Assembly: GCA_035084275.1 (NCBI GenBank)
Contig: CM068769.1
Span: 2,046,001-2,110,000, forward strand
Source: Hydrolagus colliei
Taxonomy: Eukaryota
Direction of reading: 5' to 3'
DNA: 64,000 nt
Shown here: positions 33,681-48,220 of the stretch, piece after piece
How positions within the stretch are numbered: the first letter of the stretch is position 1
Layout: each line of letters opens with the position of its first letter
Notes under the pieces: generated by a model
What the model saw: only the letters and a program-made list of their open reading frames with translations
Database searches by the model: none
What the model was told of the DNA's origin: nothing
Position numbers and translations under genes: made by a program

Positions 33681-36357
33681 CTAGGCTAAAGTGTGTGGCG
33701 TTGTGTGTGCGTACAGTGGCTGGAATCGTATGTGGTCGACAGAGTAATGGAGGGCTGCAATGTGACACAGTGGAAGAAGTTTTGGCAGCCAATGGATCAG
33801 TTCAACTGTTTCAAAACTTCTCAGCTGCTGTACCAAGATAGAGCCTTTGTAGCATTAATATTTACATTATATCTCGGCCATTCTATCACTTTGCCTAAGT
33901 CTCTGTCTTTGAAATAGAGGGCAGTTGTGGAGCAACTTATTTACTGATTTACCAAGCTGTAATTCGGAAACCGCTTACTTGTCATTTGTCCAATGATTTT
34001 GGAAGGTAAACATTGTCTTCAAAATAATATTAATAATTGAGTGATCGCTCAATCCATGATTGAGTGTTGAATTTCGCTGTTCATAATAGTTTGCAGATTT
34101 TGTCCACCAAGCACACACCAACAACAACTTATACTAATATAGTGCGCCGGACGGCGTCTCAGAGCGCTTCAGATTAACGGTACAAGCCAAGGACAGCGGG
34201 AGAAAGGTGACCGAATGTGACACATTCAACACTCTTGCATCCTGTCAAGCTCACGGAGCCCTCTCGATCAACTAATCAGGTGGTATATTCAATGTCAGCA
34301 TTACTACTATCAAGTTGTCGATTCTGACAGAGTGTAATCCTCTTTTCAACTGGCATTTGTACTAAGTATGGAAATGGTTGAGGGGATGTGAGGAGGAGAT
34401 GATCCGTAGTCGACATTCAAGTTTGAGATTATTTTTGATGCCATGATGGAGAGTGAGGAGAATGCAGTTTAGGGCATTGCGTGTGAAAGCGGTGATATTA
34501 TCGATCATTCTGTTGTCAACTTATTGCAGATAATGACAATCATGATTGCATTTTATACAGTGATTGATCGCGTACACAAGACGCCTCCAAGCACTTCACA
34601 GAATGCGCGATAGAACGGAATGACTTTGTGTTTTGTGCGTGAAAAATTACGCAATTGCGCACTGCAACATCGCACGGTCAGCACCGTATTTAATTATCAC
34701 ATTGTTATAAAATATTTATTTTATTGGTTATTGTATTTTTTGAGCAACTTGTTACTTTATTTATTTTCACTGAAGTGTCTACATATTTTTGTTAACTTCT
34801 TACTTACTTATTCAGAATTGTGGTTGTTATTTTGATTTACTTACACTTATTAATTTTTTATTTCATGTATTTTTACACGTATGTCTCGAATTATGTTTTC
34901 ATTTTTTAGACAATGACTCGGATTATCTATTAGGTTGAGGTTTTTTTGGCTGGTTTGTCACTTTTCCAAGGATAATTTCCAGTGGAACATGACTCGCCAA
35001 TTGACTAGCAACCGAGTTCCTATTTACTGGTTAGTAAAGAGAGGCATGTGTCATAAATAAACTTTATCTGGGTTTCGTCCAGCATGGGAATCAAACGCAG
35101 GACCTCTCACTTGTGAGATAGGACACCTCACATAAAATTAGAGCACTGTACATTATTTATTATATAGCGGCATCTAGTGGTGGTTCAGGAGACTGACAGC
35201 GTATGGTTTGAGTTGATTTACGAAACGTGCAAATTGGTTTTCAGTTAACCGTGTAACCATTGAGTGCGGAATAAGTCGTACAATGTTAATATTAATATTC
35301 CGCTCACGTAAACACTCTCCTCCACAACCACACCTTCTGTAATGACTGATTCGCCGGAGCTACTCTCCGCCCATCACGCCCTCCCATCCCGTGTCTCTCT
35401 CCAATGAATCTCCCCTCCTCCCCCTCCCCCACCCCCAACCCCACCCACACGTAGCTCTCCTCTCCCCATAGCTCTCGCCTCCCCACACAGCTACCACACT
35501 TCCCATAGCGACTCCCAGTCCCCCACCGTCCACACACACCTCAATCTCGGAATGAGGTTCAAGCAATAACTCTATTTCACCATTGAAGACTCAAATTTGC
35601 TCTCCGGCCTTCAGGGTGGAAAATAAATACAAGTTGTTGTATTTGTTCCTATCATCAAAGAGGCAATATATCACAACATATTTTGCCGTGAACTAACATA
35701 ACTGTGTATACATTGGGTAGCGTGACAGCCAGATAAAACTGTTCAAGCGCGGATGGGTTCCAGATACAGTTGTGAATGGAACCAACAACCAGAACACGCT
35801 GAATATTTTGCAGCTCAGTTCGCTATGGAAAGTAGTCCAGGGGCACTGGGTCATCAGGGATTTTGGATTCCAGACACAAGTTGGCTGCTCAGGTGAGGTG
35901 GAGGGCTGGGTTGGTGCGGAAGGAATGGTGACTAACTCCACGGTCAATGGGCAGAATTACAATAAGAAAATTACATTTATCTGGCGAAATGCACACGGGG
36001 CAGAGGTCCCACGCTACCGGACAGTTAGTTTTTCGCACCAGAGTTTGGGCTCGAAATAGGGAAGTTTGAATGGCAGTGGGAGATGGAGCTTGATTAGAAG
36101 CACAGTCGACATAGAGTATCAGGAGATGGGTCTTGACGGAAGTGCAAGAGACAGAGGGCGAGACAAACGGACAGCAATATAAAGCTCCAGGGTGTGGGGG
36201 CGGAGAATCCGTCCACCATCAATGATTTCTTTAGTTTATTGGATCATTTAGTGGAATCGCCTCGACGCCGCAAGGCCAAGATTCCGCACACATTCCAACA
36301 GATGTAGAAAATGAAAGCAGTTTCGGTTCGAGCCCTGCAGTGTAGTCAACCACTGTG

Positions 36358-36669
36358 GTGAGACTGAAGGCACAGTGATACACTGCGTTGTCAGATACCA
36401 GAAGCTCACAGATGGATAAACTAGTAATACAAATAGATTCCTGTAGCTGAGCAGCGAAATGGTTTCCAAATCCTGTTCGTTTCACTAAATCGCCATCACC
36501 AGAATATCTCCGGACTATAAACTCTGGGAGTTTGTGTGTGTAATGTCTGTACCAGAAGAGATAGTACTTGCTTGCAGTAGTGGTATAGGTACACACAGAT
36601 TGGCAGCTTCTCCTTCTTTCTTAACCATCGTGGTCGTTTTCTGACTGACAGCATCTGCGTCACAGAGTT
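36358..36669 (-). pseudogene. TCR alpha/delta V pseudogene (frameshift)
   Basis: Reads LCDADAVSQKTTTMVKKEGEAANL, then a 1-nt loss, then CTYTTTASKYYLFWYRH...DNAVYHCAFSL. RSS is CACAGTG-23-ACCGAAACT (36319-36357). Confidence 0.88.
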
Positions 36670-37301
36670 CTGCAATAAAGGAAGGAAACCATGGCTAAAC
36701 ATTTATAGAGTCGTAGAATCTTACACAACAAAAAGAGGCCATACCACCCATCGAGTCTGTGCCGGCTCTTTGAAACGAGCAATTCAATCCCTCTCGCCAG
36801 CTCTCTCTACCCGTAACTGTGGAAAACTGTCCTCGACATATAAGCGTCCACCTCTCTTTTACAATATATTTTTGCATCGGCCTCCCCAACCGTTTCAGGC
36901 AATGCATTGCAGCTCCCCAAAACGGGATGAATGAAAACACGTTTCCCACGTTCGTCAGGCGAGTGCCCTAACCACTGAGCCACAGGAGCTCTAAATGCAA
37001 AACAGGTATGATTCATTTTTATCATATTCACAACAGAAGTAGATCTACAGAACGTGGACCAGTAGGGTTCGCTAATTGCAGCCTGCATTTACTCTGACCA
37101 TTTACAATGTGGTGAACGTTTTGCCGATATGTTGACGAGAGGTGAATGTGATTTACTCTCAGTCTGGCTACAGACATGTCTGCTTCTCCCTAGGCTCCAA
37201 GGACTTACAGAGGAACTGCATACACTTAAACAGTTGAACAATGCACAAGAAACAGTGGAGGTAGTTTTTGTACGAGACTCGCAGTGCAGTTTGTCACTGT
37301 G

Positions 37302-37623
37302 ATCAGAGGCTGCGCTGCCAAATGTACAGTGATACACGGCGCTGTCAGACACCAGCAGATCAGAGATGTAGAAACTGGTGGAAGAATTGTAAACGTGCAC
37401 TTGAGCAGAGAAACTCTCCCTGAATCCTTCTCCTTTCTCTTGTTTCTCAATCCTAGGGTCTCTCCAAATTATAAATTCTGGCTGCTGGCCGGTCTGTTGC
37501 TGGAACCAGTAAAGGTAATAAGAGTTTCTATCCGATTTGTCGGTGCAGTGTAAAATCACATTGCCTTCTTATTTGGCAACCGCTGTGGGAGGTTTTTGAT
37601 TGACATGTCTCCACCACATTGAT
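37302..37623 (-). pseudogene. TCR alpha/delta V pseudogene (frameshift and TAA in FR1)
   Basis: Reads ...VNQKPPTAVAK*EGNVILHC...YWFQQ...DSAVYHCTFGSAASD. RSS is CACAGTG-23-ACAAAAACT (37263-37301). Confidence 0.88.
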
Positions 37624-37721
37624 CTACATTAAACAGAGATGACCACGACCAAAAATTATTCACACTTTGTCTGAAGTATGTTGTGTATGGAGAAAATACT
37701 TACACAAGTCTTATACATGGT

Positions 37722-38130
37722 TGTCCTGCAGCTCAGTGGTTAGAGCACTCGCCTTACAAGCGTGAGACCAGCGTTCGAATCAATCGAGATCAGGGCGAAA
37801 TCTTGGCAATTTTCCTTACTCCACAAACACACACACACACACACAAAGACACACACACACACACACGCAAATGCACACATACACACACACACGCGCGCGA
37901 CTAATAATAATCTCTCCAAAAAAAAAACACACAACAATAAAAAATGTTTATTTCAATCTACGCTGTTTGCCGGCGACGCTGCTGTGCGCAATTGGCTGCC
38001 GCATCTCGCTCACAAGTATCCAGCCAATTTAATTTACAGTATGCACTGTGAAGCGCTGTGAGACTTCGATAAGATGCGAAAAGCGCTATGTGAAATAAAA
38101 ATAATATTAGCGGCAATATTATTATTATTA
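37722..38130 (+). mobile_element. tRNA-derived SINE with internal (CA)n
   Basis: gctcagtggttagagcactcgccttacaagcgtgagacc..gttcgaatc head, same body and tail as the other copies, ATT-repeat end. Confidence 0.8.
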
Positions 38131-38844
38131 TTAGCGCGGCAATAAATTACTCACACTTTGCCTCATGTTTTTTGGCGGTACTATCGACTCCCTGCCGACG
38201 GCAAAAGCCTTACAGAACTGTGACTGTTTAATTTTCAATTAAAAGATCTGAATGTACTGACACAGCTGCACAGGTTACATTGTGACGTGAATTGCTGCGT
38301 GTCACTATGAGCGACACCCAGCGGACAATTGCGAACATCTGCAGGCCTAGAATAAAGCACCAAATTAGTCCTTTAAATCTATTCGTGGAGATTAATTACC
38401 CCACCCCCACTCCCGAAAATAAAGACGCATAAAACATTGTGAGTCGCGAAATTATTATTGATCGGAAGCGATTCAACCGGTGGTTAGTGATGCTGAACAG
38501 AGGCGGGCGTGTACTGTAAGGAAAGTCTCACTGCACGGGAATCGAACCCAGGCCATAGCGCTTACAAAGCGAGAACTTTAACCACTGACCTACAGGACTG
38601 CCCTTCACCGTTGGGTCTTGATGAAATTGATTTGTTGATCAGCAGCGACACTGTATTAGCCAAACACGACCAGTTCTGCCGTAAAGGTACCCAACACGAG
38701 ACACACAGCAAACAGTCTCATCGTCAGTCTGTGCGCTTATCTCTGTGATATCAATTAACTGACTACTCGAAATGATTGTCGACATTCCCCACTGTGTCAA
38801 GACACCTCGGCTATCAATGACTAGCTATGAGCGGAGTCCTGTGG

Positions 38845-39455
38845 CTTCCTGTCGCGCAACGGTTGGAGCGCTCGCCTATCAAGCCTGAGACCTGCGTTCG
38901 AATACAGGCAGGTCAGAGAGACACCTTAGGCAAGTTTCCCTGCTCCACACATACACGCGATTAACAATAATCTGTCCAATAAATATCACAATAATAAAAT
39001 AGATCATTTCAATCAACGCTGTTTGTGGGGACATTGCTGTACGCAATTGGCTGCCGCGTTTCGCGCACACCTTTACGGTTAATTCACTTTAAATTATGTT
39101 TTATGAAGAGGTTTGAGAAACGTGGAAATCGTTATAATAATAATATTTTCATTTGATATACGGCTTTTAACATCTTAGCGATGTCTCAAAGCGTTTTGCA
39201 GAGCATACATTAAAGTGATTGGACTGTATAATTGCGGGCGAAACGTGGCAGCAAATTGCGCACAGCAGCGACCGCTCAAAAATTCGTGGATTGCAATGAC
39301 GAATTTTATTATTGTGGTTTTGTTTGAACGGATTATTGTTACTCATGTGTGTGTGGAGCAAGGGAACGTCCCTAAGGTTTCGCCCTGACCTTCCAGGTTT
39401 CGAACGAAGCTCTCTCGCTTTTAAGGCACGTGGTCTAACCACTGAGCTACAATAC
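38845..39455. mobile_element. Two tRNA-derived SINEs, tail to tail (38845-39140 +, 39150-39455 -)
   Basis: Both carry the family head and the aattggctgccgcgtttcgc body. Confidence 0.7.
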
Positions 39456-40883
39456 TCCTTATATTACCAGCGATGCTTATTTTTAAGGATTTAATGTGGT
39501 CCAAAATTTACCTGCAAACCCACTGAAGAGGTTTCAGTTGAAAAACATATTATTATTATTCATGATTTGGGTTCACGTAGTAAGGTTTCCAAATTTGTGG
39601 AAATTGTGACTCGTGGTCAAAACATTTTAAATAGTTTCAAAACGAAGCAGTGGGGAGCTGACAAGTATTGTTTTCACTCAGCGGGTGGTTAGAATTCGGA
39701 ATGGATTGCCTGAAAATGTGGTGGAGGCACACAACAGCTTTTAATAACTAGCTCTTTATTTAAGGAGAACATAGGTTATGGGGAAGAGCTGGGCAGTGGG
39801 ATTGAGTGGGTCTGTGCAAAGAGCCGGCACAGACTACATGGGCCGAATGGCCTCCTGTTGTGCCGTATAATTCTATGTTTCTACGATTCTATGATTATTA
39901 CCTCCTGGTTTCAGCTCAGCGATCAAGCAACCGCATGCCTGTTTACTGTTATTAAACCAGACTATATTTGCTCCCTGCCCGGGAATCAACCCACGTTTTC
40001 TCGATTGATTCATAGAAATGGAGCTGACAAACAGCAGCAACACTGAGATAGCTCAACATTGACCGCACCTGCGATAAAGGTTCCCAGCACAAGACACACA
40101 ACAAACAGCCCCATTGCTGGTCTTCAGCCAGTGTGTTTGTGTCTCAAACATGAGTGTGCTGACAGTGATTGTCAGTTACACCTCACAGTGATTGTCGTCA
40201 TTGGCGGAGCCTACAGTCTCACGTCACCTGTTTGACACCAAAGACGGGTTTCAAATACAACAACCCATGCCTTTTACACTGGATCCTATCACCAGTCAGG
40301 GGGATGAATGAATCCTCCTTAATCAAGTCCGGTTATCTCTCCAAGCCGAAGCGATAATGCTAGGAAGATAACACTAATCCTGTGATAACACTACTATCAA
40401 CACATGTTGCATTAATGTGTCCCAAAGCGCTTCACATTTTATTATATGGCCTGCTAATAACCCCTCAAGTAAAAAAAACATAATAAATGTGTCACTTCAA
40501 TCCACGTTTGTTTGTGGGACACTGCTATCTGCAATTGGCTGCTGCGTTATGCTTTTGGAAAAAAAACTGGAGTCTGCTCACTGGTCAGTACATTCTGTGC
40601 AGCTGTTTGAATCGCCTTGAAGACCACTTAATCAATTACCATGGTGCTTCCGACTGAGCGCCGTGTAAATAGAGTTATTTGTGTGTGACGAAAGGACAAA
40701 TGCAACTTGAGAGCTCAAACCTATCCGCAGGACTCCCCAGCTTGTGAACACCACCCAGCCAGCTCTGCTTGTTGCTTGTCTAACGACATCAGTTTTGTGG
40801 AAAGCGCCAAGAAACCGAGCCAGAGGAAGAACGATTGTCTGCTGAGTTTTTGTACAGTTTATCAGCCCTCCTGCAACAGTGTG

Positions 40884-41160
40884 GACTCCAGGGCACAGTG
40901 ATACACGGCGCTGTCATCCACATCAGCCCTGAGCATCTTCTAGTTAATGACTTGATTCTCCTTGTTCATCACGAAAGCGAGACGGTCAGGAATACCAGGA
41001 GCTTGGACTTCAGTTCCCGATGTATGGATCTTGAGCAAGTACTGAAGAGCTCCACCAGGATATTGTCTGTACCATTAGACAGTGTACAATCCTGAAACAC
41101 TGCAGCTTAATCTAACGTCCTGTCCCTCAAATACAGCCACTTCGGGAGGCTGCTTATTAG
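40884..41160 (-). pseudogene. TCR alpha/delta V pseudogene (two stops)
   Basis: Reads KQPPEVAVFEGQDVRLSCSVSGLYTV*WYRQYPGGALQYLL...VIN*KMLRADVDDSAVYHCALE. RSS is CACACTG-23-ACAAAAACT (40845-40883). 5' boundary approximate; possible leader MSPIVHVLLQLFS at 41382-41421. Confidence 0.85.
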
Positions 41161-42464
41161 GGAGAAATAACATAAAATGGAAAAAAAACAAAATGGCATG
41201 GAAATTGCTTCTTGATCAATACTGGTCATTGGTGAGACAAACGGCTGTACAACTAAGCTGAAGCTGCAAAACGTTATATGAGGGAATCTATCCCAACTGT
41301 TACAGGAAATACCTGTTGTTGTGCAATGTTCATTAGTTACAGAATTAACTTGATTTCATGTGTCATTAGTGCACCACCTACTGGAGAATAGCTGCAACAG
41401 CACGTGTACAATTGGAGACATGTGATCGCAAATTGGTTTGCTGCCTGTCTTTACTTCCCTGGTCCTATATTCTCCATTTGACATTTTATACATAAGTCTC
41501 ATTTCCCTGCATATACCTCAGGTTCGAGGGAAATTCGACTCCAATCCAATTCGAACTACTGTGCGTTTCGCACACAAAATACACAATCAATTCACTTTAC
41601 ATTGTATTCTGCGAAGCGCTTTCTGGCGTCTAGAAGACGTAAAACGCGTTGTATCAAATTCGAGGACTACTATGATTATTATGTATATTCCCTGACGAGT
41701 ATCCGCTTATATATAATCCCCCAATGTAATTTAGGTCTCTGCACGTTCCCATTATTCTTTGCTGTCAATACTAATTGGCTCCGAAAATGTGTACCTTTCT
41801 GGTTCAATACTTCCGCCTTGCTCCCATTTACACCGGACACATCATGTGGCCTACTGTAGTGCAGTGGATAGAACGCTTGCCTTAAAAGCTTGAGCCCTTT
41901 GTTTCGATTCCAGGTAGTAGAGTGAGAAACCTTCGGCATATTTTCGTACTCCACATGCCTACTAATGATCCGTCCCAAAATTGCTATTTTAGCAAGACTA
42001 TTTTAAGCTATTTAATTCAAACTAATATATATTTAACAAACCTAAGTCCTTACATTTGGCAATACGCTATATCACATCATCGAGATGCATCAAAGCAATC
42101 TAAAGTTTGTAAATTAAGCGATTTAACTGCGTATATTGTGGGCGAAGCACTGCAGCTATTCGCTCGCATCAGTCATCCATTGGAAAGAATGTTGAAATTA
42201 TTATTGGTGGTAGGTTGTAGTATTAATTCGAAGGAAGTTATGCCCCTGGAAAAAAGATTCACCGATCAACTATCGACGGTTTCCTAGTTATTGCGCAGAA
42301 AACCGATTCCCGTGTGTGGATTCAGCAATTTTGCTCAACATTTAGCATTGTCGGGAATCGAACCCATTTGAATCTCATTTGTGAGGCGGGTGCTTTCTCT
42401 GCCGAGTTACAGGATTCCACATGGTAGTTTTTGTAGGGCGGTAGCGCTGATCTGTGTCTCTGTG

Positions 42465-42777
42465 GGGCTCAGTGCACAGTAATACACCACCGACTCTGTA
42501 ACTCTCACTTGGGATATATTTAGTGGAACGGTTCGCCTCGCTTTATCCAAATTTGTTGAGAAACGTTCTTCTGCAAATTCTTCACGAATCACTTTGTTGT
42601 TGCTGGTGTATACCATCAGGATATATTCTGGAGCTGTTTTGGGAAAGTACCGGTACCAGAACATATATGGAGTGCTGTCGCTTGTAGCTGTATAATTACA
42701 CAGCATATAGACATATTCTCCTTCATTCACTATCAACGTAGATTGGAGCTGTGTCACAGAGTCTCCTCCACACAGCC
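42465..42777 (-). CDS. TRAV/TRDV: TCR alpha/delta V segment, apparently functional (family 'E', copy 1)
   Basis: Reads LCGGDSVTQLQSTLIVNEGEYVYMLCNYT...FWYRY...YYCALSP. RSS is CACAGAG-23-ACAAAAACT (42426-42464). Leader MAMCIYVAAAIVTVS with G|GTAAG at 43103-43148. Confidence 0.92.
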
Positions 42778-44819
42778 CTGCAAAACAGAAACGCATCATC
42801 ATTCAATACAGCAACAACAATTCTAATCAACCTATTTTGATAATACGGCTCCTTATCAAGTCGTTGATACGTCTCCAAATTCAAAGAATGCAATTTACAA
42901 AAGAAAAGTTTCATGTAAATGTTGACAAACTGGAGAAACATGTCGTCATATCCTGTCAGGCTATTGAACAAAAATCCGCATGAACACTGAACTAATGGAC
43001 ACCACATCTCTAACATCTCTTGTTTGAGTATTAGTTATCTTATGCAATAAAACTTTGGCGTTGGATAATACATTCGGTAAAAAATACTTATAGAATGCTT
43101 ACCTGACACTGTAACGATGGCTGCTGCCACGTAGATACACATTGCCATATGTACTTAACGGCACTGCTTGCAGTTGATAGTGTAGTTCGAGGATGTTGTA
43201 TCGGAGGCGGTAAGACACCGTGAGGAGTTCTGAACAGTGTATGACATACAGAAGTAGCCATACACTTTAAGGGAGCAGGTCTGAATTTTATGTATAAACA
43301 CGTTTGTCTATGTCATTGAGCGTCATTTGCTGTACTCTGCCATCTCGCTGATCCATTGGTTCTCCTACAACACTGACATGACTTTGATCAACCAGGTGTC
43401 TGAAACGTGCAGCAACTTACACCCAAAATCCAATTTCAATTCGTACAAAAACATACACGATATTCACTTATCTGTACCATCTGTGGATTACTATAGCTTA
43501 ATGGTATCAACACTCACATCACTAACGAGAAGAACAACAACTTCGATTTATGTAGCGGTCTCCACGCCGGACGGAGTCTCAGAGCGCTTCATTTTGCCTC
43601 ACAAGCAACGGGCCTGTGTTTGAACACAGGTAGGCCGAAATGTTGGATAAGTTTCCTTACTCTACCCACCCACTTCCGTTTACACATGAAGAAGTAGCAC
43701 TTCATTTATACATCAATCTATCTGGTTGGTTTCCAGTGTTAATTGTCCCTTATATAATATGTAATTGAATCCACCACTGTTTGTGTGACATTGCTGTGCA
43801 CAATTGGCTGGCTGGTTTCGCCTGCGAATCGCCGAGTCACCACATTTTACAGTGTAGTCTATAAGGTGATTAGTGACGTCACAAGGCAGGCCGAAGTATT
43901 CAGTGGAAGCCACTGAGTATGTAGACAGGGCTAGACAATGGCCTACTGTGTGTTGGCTTCACATTCCCTGGGGCAGTAGGCAATTGGGTAACGAATTGAA
44001 ACCAGCCATTTAGAGGGTTTCAAAGCCAAAGATGAGGAACCCACGTGGCGTCAGCAGTTTCTCTGATGTCTCTGCTCATGTTGGTTGAAAGTTTGCTTCA
44101 TGCCTCGTTTCCGCTCCAGGCTTCTGGTTTACAGCACATTGGGCAATAAATATACATTTGTCCAGCATAACTCTCTTTTCTCATGCCTGCAAGATATGTG
44201 CTGTGCATTTTATTTCAATGAAATCGGCTGCATATACAAACAAGCATATGTGTAAACCGTGTGTCTGAAACATTGGGAAATCCATCGAAGTATTTGTGAG
44301 ATTCTACATGAAGCTTTGTGTCAGAATAATCCTTCATTTTGATAAGGCACCATACCAATTCTTGAAAACTTCTCTAAACGCTTCACATGATATATTGTAA
44401 AGTGTAGCATTGGTGTATTTTGTGGAGGAGAACTACACAAATCATTGCCCCACAAAAAATGATGGATCGACGCAACAATTTTTGTTTCATGGATTATTAA
44501 ACGCTGGACGGCTCTCCACCAAATGAACGTCACCCGGGATCCAACTTACTGCTGGGCAGAGAAAGATTAATAATAATAATACTACTTGCATTTAATATAA
44601 CACGTGATGAAGTCTATGAGATATTACAAAGTGCTTTACTTGTTGTACAGTTCAGTGAGGTAACTCTATATGTTACCGGCTATATGTGACAGATAATTGC
44701 ACACAACAGTTATCCACAAACGCTCATGGATCTAAAAGGCGAGTGGTATATCCAGTGAGCTACAGTAACATACAGCAGCATGTTTTTGTACAAGCTCCTC
44801 TTAGACACGCAGCACTGTG

Positions 44820-45102
44820 CTCTCTGCTGCACAGAAGTATTTGGCAGTGTCTGTCACTCGCAAGGTTCTGATTGTCAGTGTGCTGTTCTTCTCTTTTGTG
44901 TCAGCCAAAGCACTGATCCTCTCCTCCGCCTTTACCTGTTTTTTTCCCAACACCAGTAACACAATCGAGCCGTTTCCGCACTGTTTGTACCATTGGAAGG
45001 CTGGGCTGGGCAGAGTCGAATTGCACGCTAAATATACAGTTCCGTTTTCATTCTCTGTCAGTAACTGAGGTCTCTGTGACACTTTGTTTTCAGCCAAGAC
45101 AC
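44820..45102 (-). pseudogene. TCR alpha/delta V pseudogene (family 'F', copy 1): open exon, but acceptor and start codon lost
   Basis: Reads VLAENKVSQRPQ...WYKQ...YFCAAES. RSS is CACAGTG-23-ACAAAAACA (44781-44819). The acceptor reads CAC where paralogs have CAG, and the leader at 45218-45275 begins ATA where paralogs have ATG. Confidence 0.8.
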
Positions 45103-45945
45103 GTGGGGAATAGACATGAATATTCTTGGAAAGAAATTCGGAAAATATCTCTAACAATTCGTAGAATTATTTAACAGGACACAAGGATGTCTACGTGCAA
45201 ACTCACACTCTACTTACAGAAGAGCGACAGCATGAAATTAAAAATAATACACGTTGATTGGTAACTTGGCTTTATTCTCAATCCTCGTTGATTCATTTCA
45301 GAAACTCCAGATGAAATGCAAGTAGACACCAGCTAACTGCTGATAAACGTTCATGAATGTTTGTCGAGTGCCGCTAACTGTGTTGGTTATAACTACACTC
45401 TCGGGGACGCCTCCACTAACTTCTCATTTCCTGTATGTTTGCTTGTGTGACATAATTCCCCCATTCGACTTCCTGCAACTTTCGTTTAGCACACAAGATA
45501 GGTAGTTGCTGGACATTTCAGTATATTCTTTCAAGCGCGTTGTAGCATCGGAATGAGGTAATCTGTTGCTACTTCGAATGCAAATGTAACAACAACTGTT
45601 ATTATTATTACTAGGATAATATTTTTTGGGAATCCACTATCGAACGAAAAGTCCCATTAAGCGGTTATTTAGGTATAATTTTTTTTGCATGCATCCATAT
45701 CAAGTCATTTCATGGAAGTGTCGCAAAGCTCCACACAGGTTTTCCTCTCGAGAGCAGGGACTGTGTGTTTGGCAACCTCAGCATCCCAATTAGTAGAACA
45801 CAAGGTCCCTCAATCAACAACATCCTCTCCGTTTGTAATTGTTTAGTCACATAAAAATATTGAATGCGCCAATTTCAATGTGTGAGAGGAAGTCATCATT
45901 ATCTACTGAGTTTTTGTGCGGGGAATGCCCCCTTCTGTAACAGTG

Positions 45946-46243
45946 GGCTCCACTGCAAAGGGATACACGGCGCTGTCACTCACATCCACCCTGATCTTCT
46001 GAAAGTTAATTAGTTTATTCTCTTTGTTCACCTGGGCAGCGAAACGGTCAGCAATATCAGTAGCTGTATCTACCTTTCCCGAGATATATATCCTGAGCAA
46101 ATACTGAAGAGCTCCATCTGTAGCTTGCATGTAGCAGAAGATAGTGTCCATTCTGGAAACGTTTATACTTATTGCCACGTTTTGTCCTTCAAGTACTGTT
46201 ATCTCAGGAGGTTGTTGGTATATGACAGCGTTCCCATTGGCCA
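45946..46243 (-). pseudogene. TCR alpha/delta V pseudogene (paralog of the 40.9-kb V)
   Basis: Open frame, but Cys23, Trp41 and Cys104 read Ile, Cys and Phe (VAISINV, FCYMQ, VYPFAVE). Heptamer has a 2-nt deletion; nonamer ACAAAAACT at 45909-45917. Confidence 0.8.
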
Positions 46244-47914
46244 CTGGAACAACAATACATTTTTAATTAAAAATATGAGTCAACTCAGTTCACAATGTAT
46301 TTTATGAAGTACTTCTAAACACGCCTAAAATGTCGATATGTAACGCAAGAGTTGCTGTTATTACTGTAACTCTGCTGAGGAACGCTAAATGATGAATAGT
46401 GTTTTGGTGTTGAAAGATTTTCTCTGTGTTTGTAAATGTTAGAACTGCTTATACTTGCGAAGTTGTTCCATTCAACTTTTAATCTTGATTTTCTGTAGCT
46501 CGTTTAATAATTCATTAAAAGCTGCTTCCAAATTAAAAATACACATCTCTTGGGTTTGTGTGTTTGCATTATCTCGTGTTGTCGCCGTCTCCAATCGATT
46601 CCGTGATGTGAAGCGAACTTAGTGTATGTTCTGTTGGAGGAAACTTGGCATTCAGTTGTGGGTAGCCATGTCCCACAATCGTTTGTGGACTTATCGATCA
46701 AATTAGTATTATTTAAACATTATTATTAGAAAGCGATTGGTTAATTAAATAACAACAACGACAACATTAAACCCATGTGCGCATCATGCATTGGTCATGT
46801 CCAAACATACTTACTGGTTATCGTGAGAATTACTGTCAGTAACTGGCAGTGGGCTGTCAACAACAACAACAACAAAACTTACATTTATATAGCGCCTTTC
46901 ACGTCGAGAGGACATCCCAAGGCACTGTACAGTCAGGTAGGACAAGAGCAGGGTGGGAAGGATCAGGGCAGGATAAAGCATAGTAGGAAACGTAACTGTA
47001 TATTAGTGGGCGAAACGCGGCAGCCAAATTGCGCACAGCAGTGTCCCACAATCAGTCACGGAAGTGGGACTAGGGGCAAAAGCGGGTAAAGAAGCAAAAG
47101 GGAAGGGGTCGAGGCAGGGGGAAGAAAGGCAGGAAAGTCGACTGTATACTTGCGGGCGAAACGCGGCAGCCAAATTACGCACAGCAGTGTCCCACAAACA
47201 ATCGCGAAAATGGGGCCAGGGGAGAAAGGGGGAAAAGAGGGTAGGGGGGGAGAGGGAGCGAAAGGTGGGATGGGATAGGGTTAGGGAGGAAGCGGGTGGA
47301 GAAAGGGGGGCAAGGAAGAGTGGGAGGGAAAGATGGGTGGGGGCAAGATCATGAAGAGGGAAGAGGGAGGGAAGGGGAAAAGGGAGGAGAGAAAGTGGGG
47401 AAAGGGAGTGAGGGAAGAAGAAGATGGGGGCAGGGGTCGGGGGAATCAAACAACAATAATAAACAATAATAAACAACAAAAGCAATAATATTAACAACAA
47501 AAACAGCAACAAACAATAACCAACAATCGTCCAGCAACCACTCCCTGTCCTCGCCGACCGCCCGGACGATCCCTGAGATGGCGGGAAAAATAAAAATAAA
47601 AGGCGCGGAAAAAAGGGCCCAGTGTGGTGTCAGGCCCCACAACCGACCGGCTCCTCAGTCGATGAACCCGGGGACTCTGTGATGGCCCTTGCACCTCGGA
47701 CATGCTGACTGCTGAGCTGTGGACAGACAAAAGAGGCTCTTCCTTTATAAATGGCTGTTTTGCTGCGTCAGTTGAATGTTGTGAGTCAGCGGCGGGTCTG
47801 ACGTGTGTAGTGGGCTATTGTCTACATGTGTAGGCGTTGCCCACCAACTAGTGGATCTTGATCTTGATATACCGCAACTTGGGAATTCCTCCCGACGTGC
47901 AACTTTTGCTGCAC

Positions 47915-48220
47915 AGTGGTTAGAGCTCTCTGCTTACAAGCGTGAGACCTTTGTCTGAATCTAAGCACATCAGGGCGAAACTTTGGGCAAGTTTCCTTAC
48001 TCCACACACACGCCTAATAATATTCCATTCAAAAACACACAATAATAAAAATTGGTCATTTCAAACCACGACTGTTTGTGGCGACTTTGCTGTGTGCAAT
48101 CGGCTGCTGTGTTTCGCCCACAGATAAACAATCAATTCGCTTGACAGTATTTTCTGTTAAACGCTTTGAGACGTCGAGAAAATGTGAAAAACGCTATAGC
48201 AATTGCAAGTATTATTAGTT
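47915..48220 (+). mobile_element. tRNA-derived SINE
   Basis: cacagtggttagagctctctgcttacaagcgtgagacc head with the family body and tail. Confidence 0.75.

Noticed and set aside
33234-33684. Overlapping ORFs in both directions (also at 47003-47730)
   Set aside because: Products of purine-rich low-complexity sequence with no domain signature.
35693-36059. ORFs upstream of the NAR cassette
   Set aside because: No Ig, RSS or transposase motifs are recognisable.
45903-46244. Open V frame as a functional non-canonical V
   Set aside because: Both core Cys and the Trp are lost, the heptamer is damaged, and no leader was found. Kept as a pseudogene.
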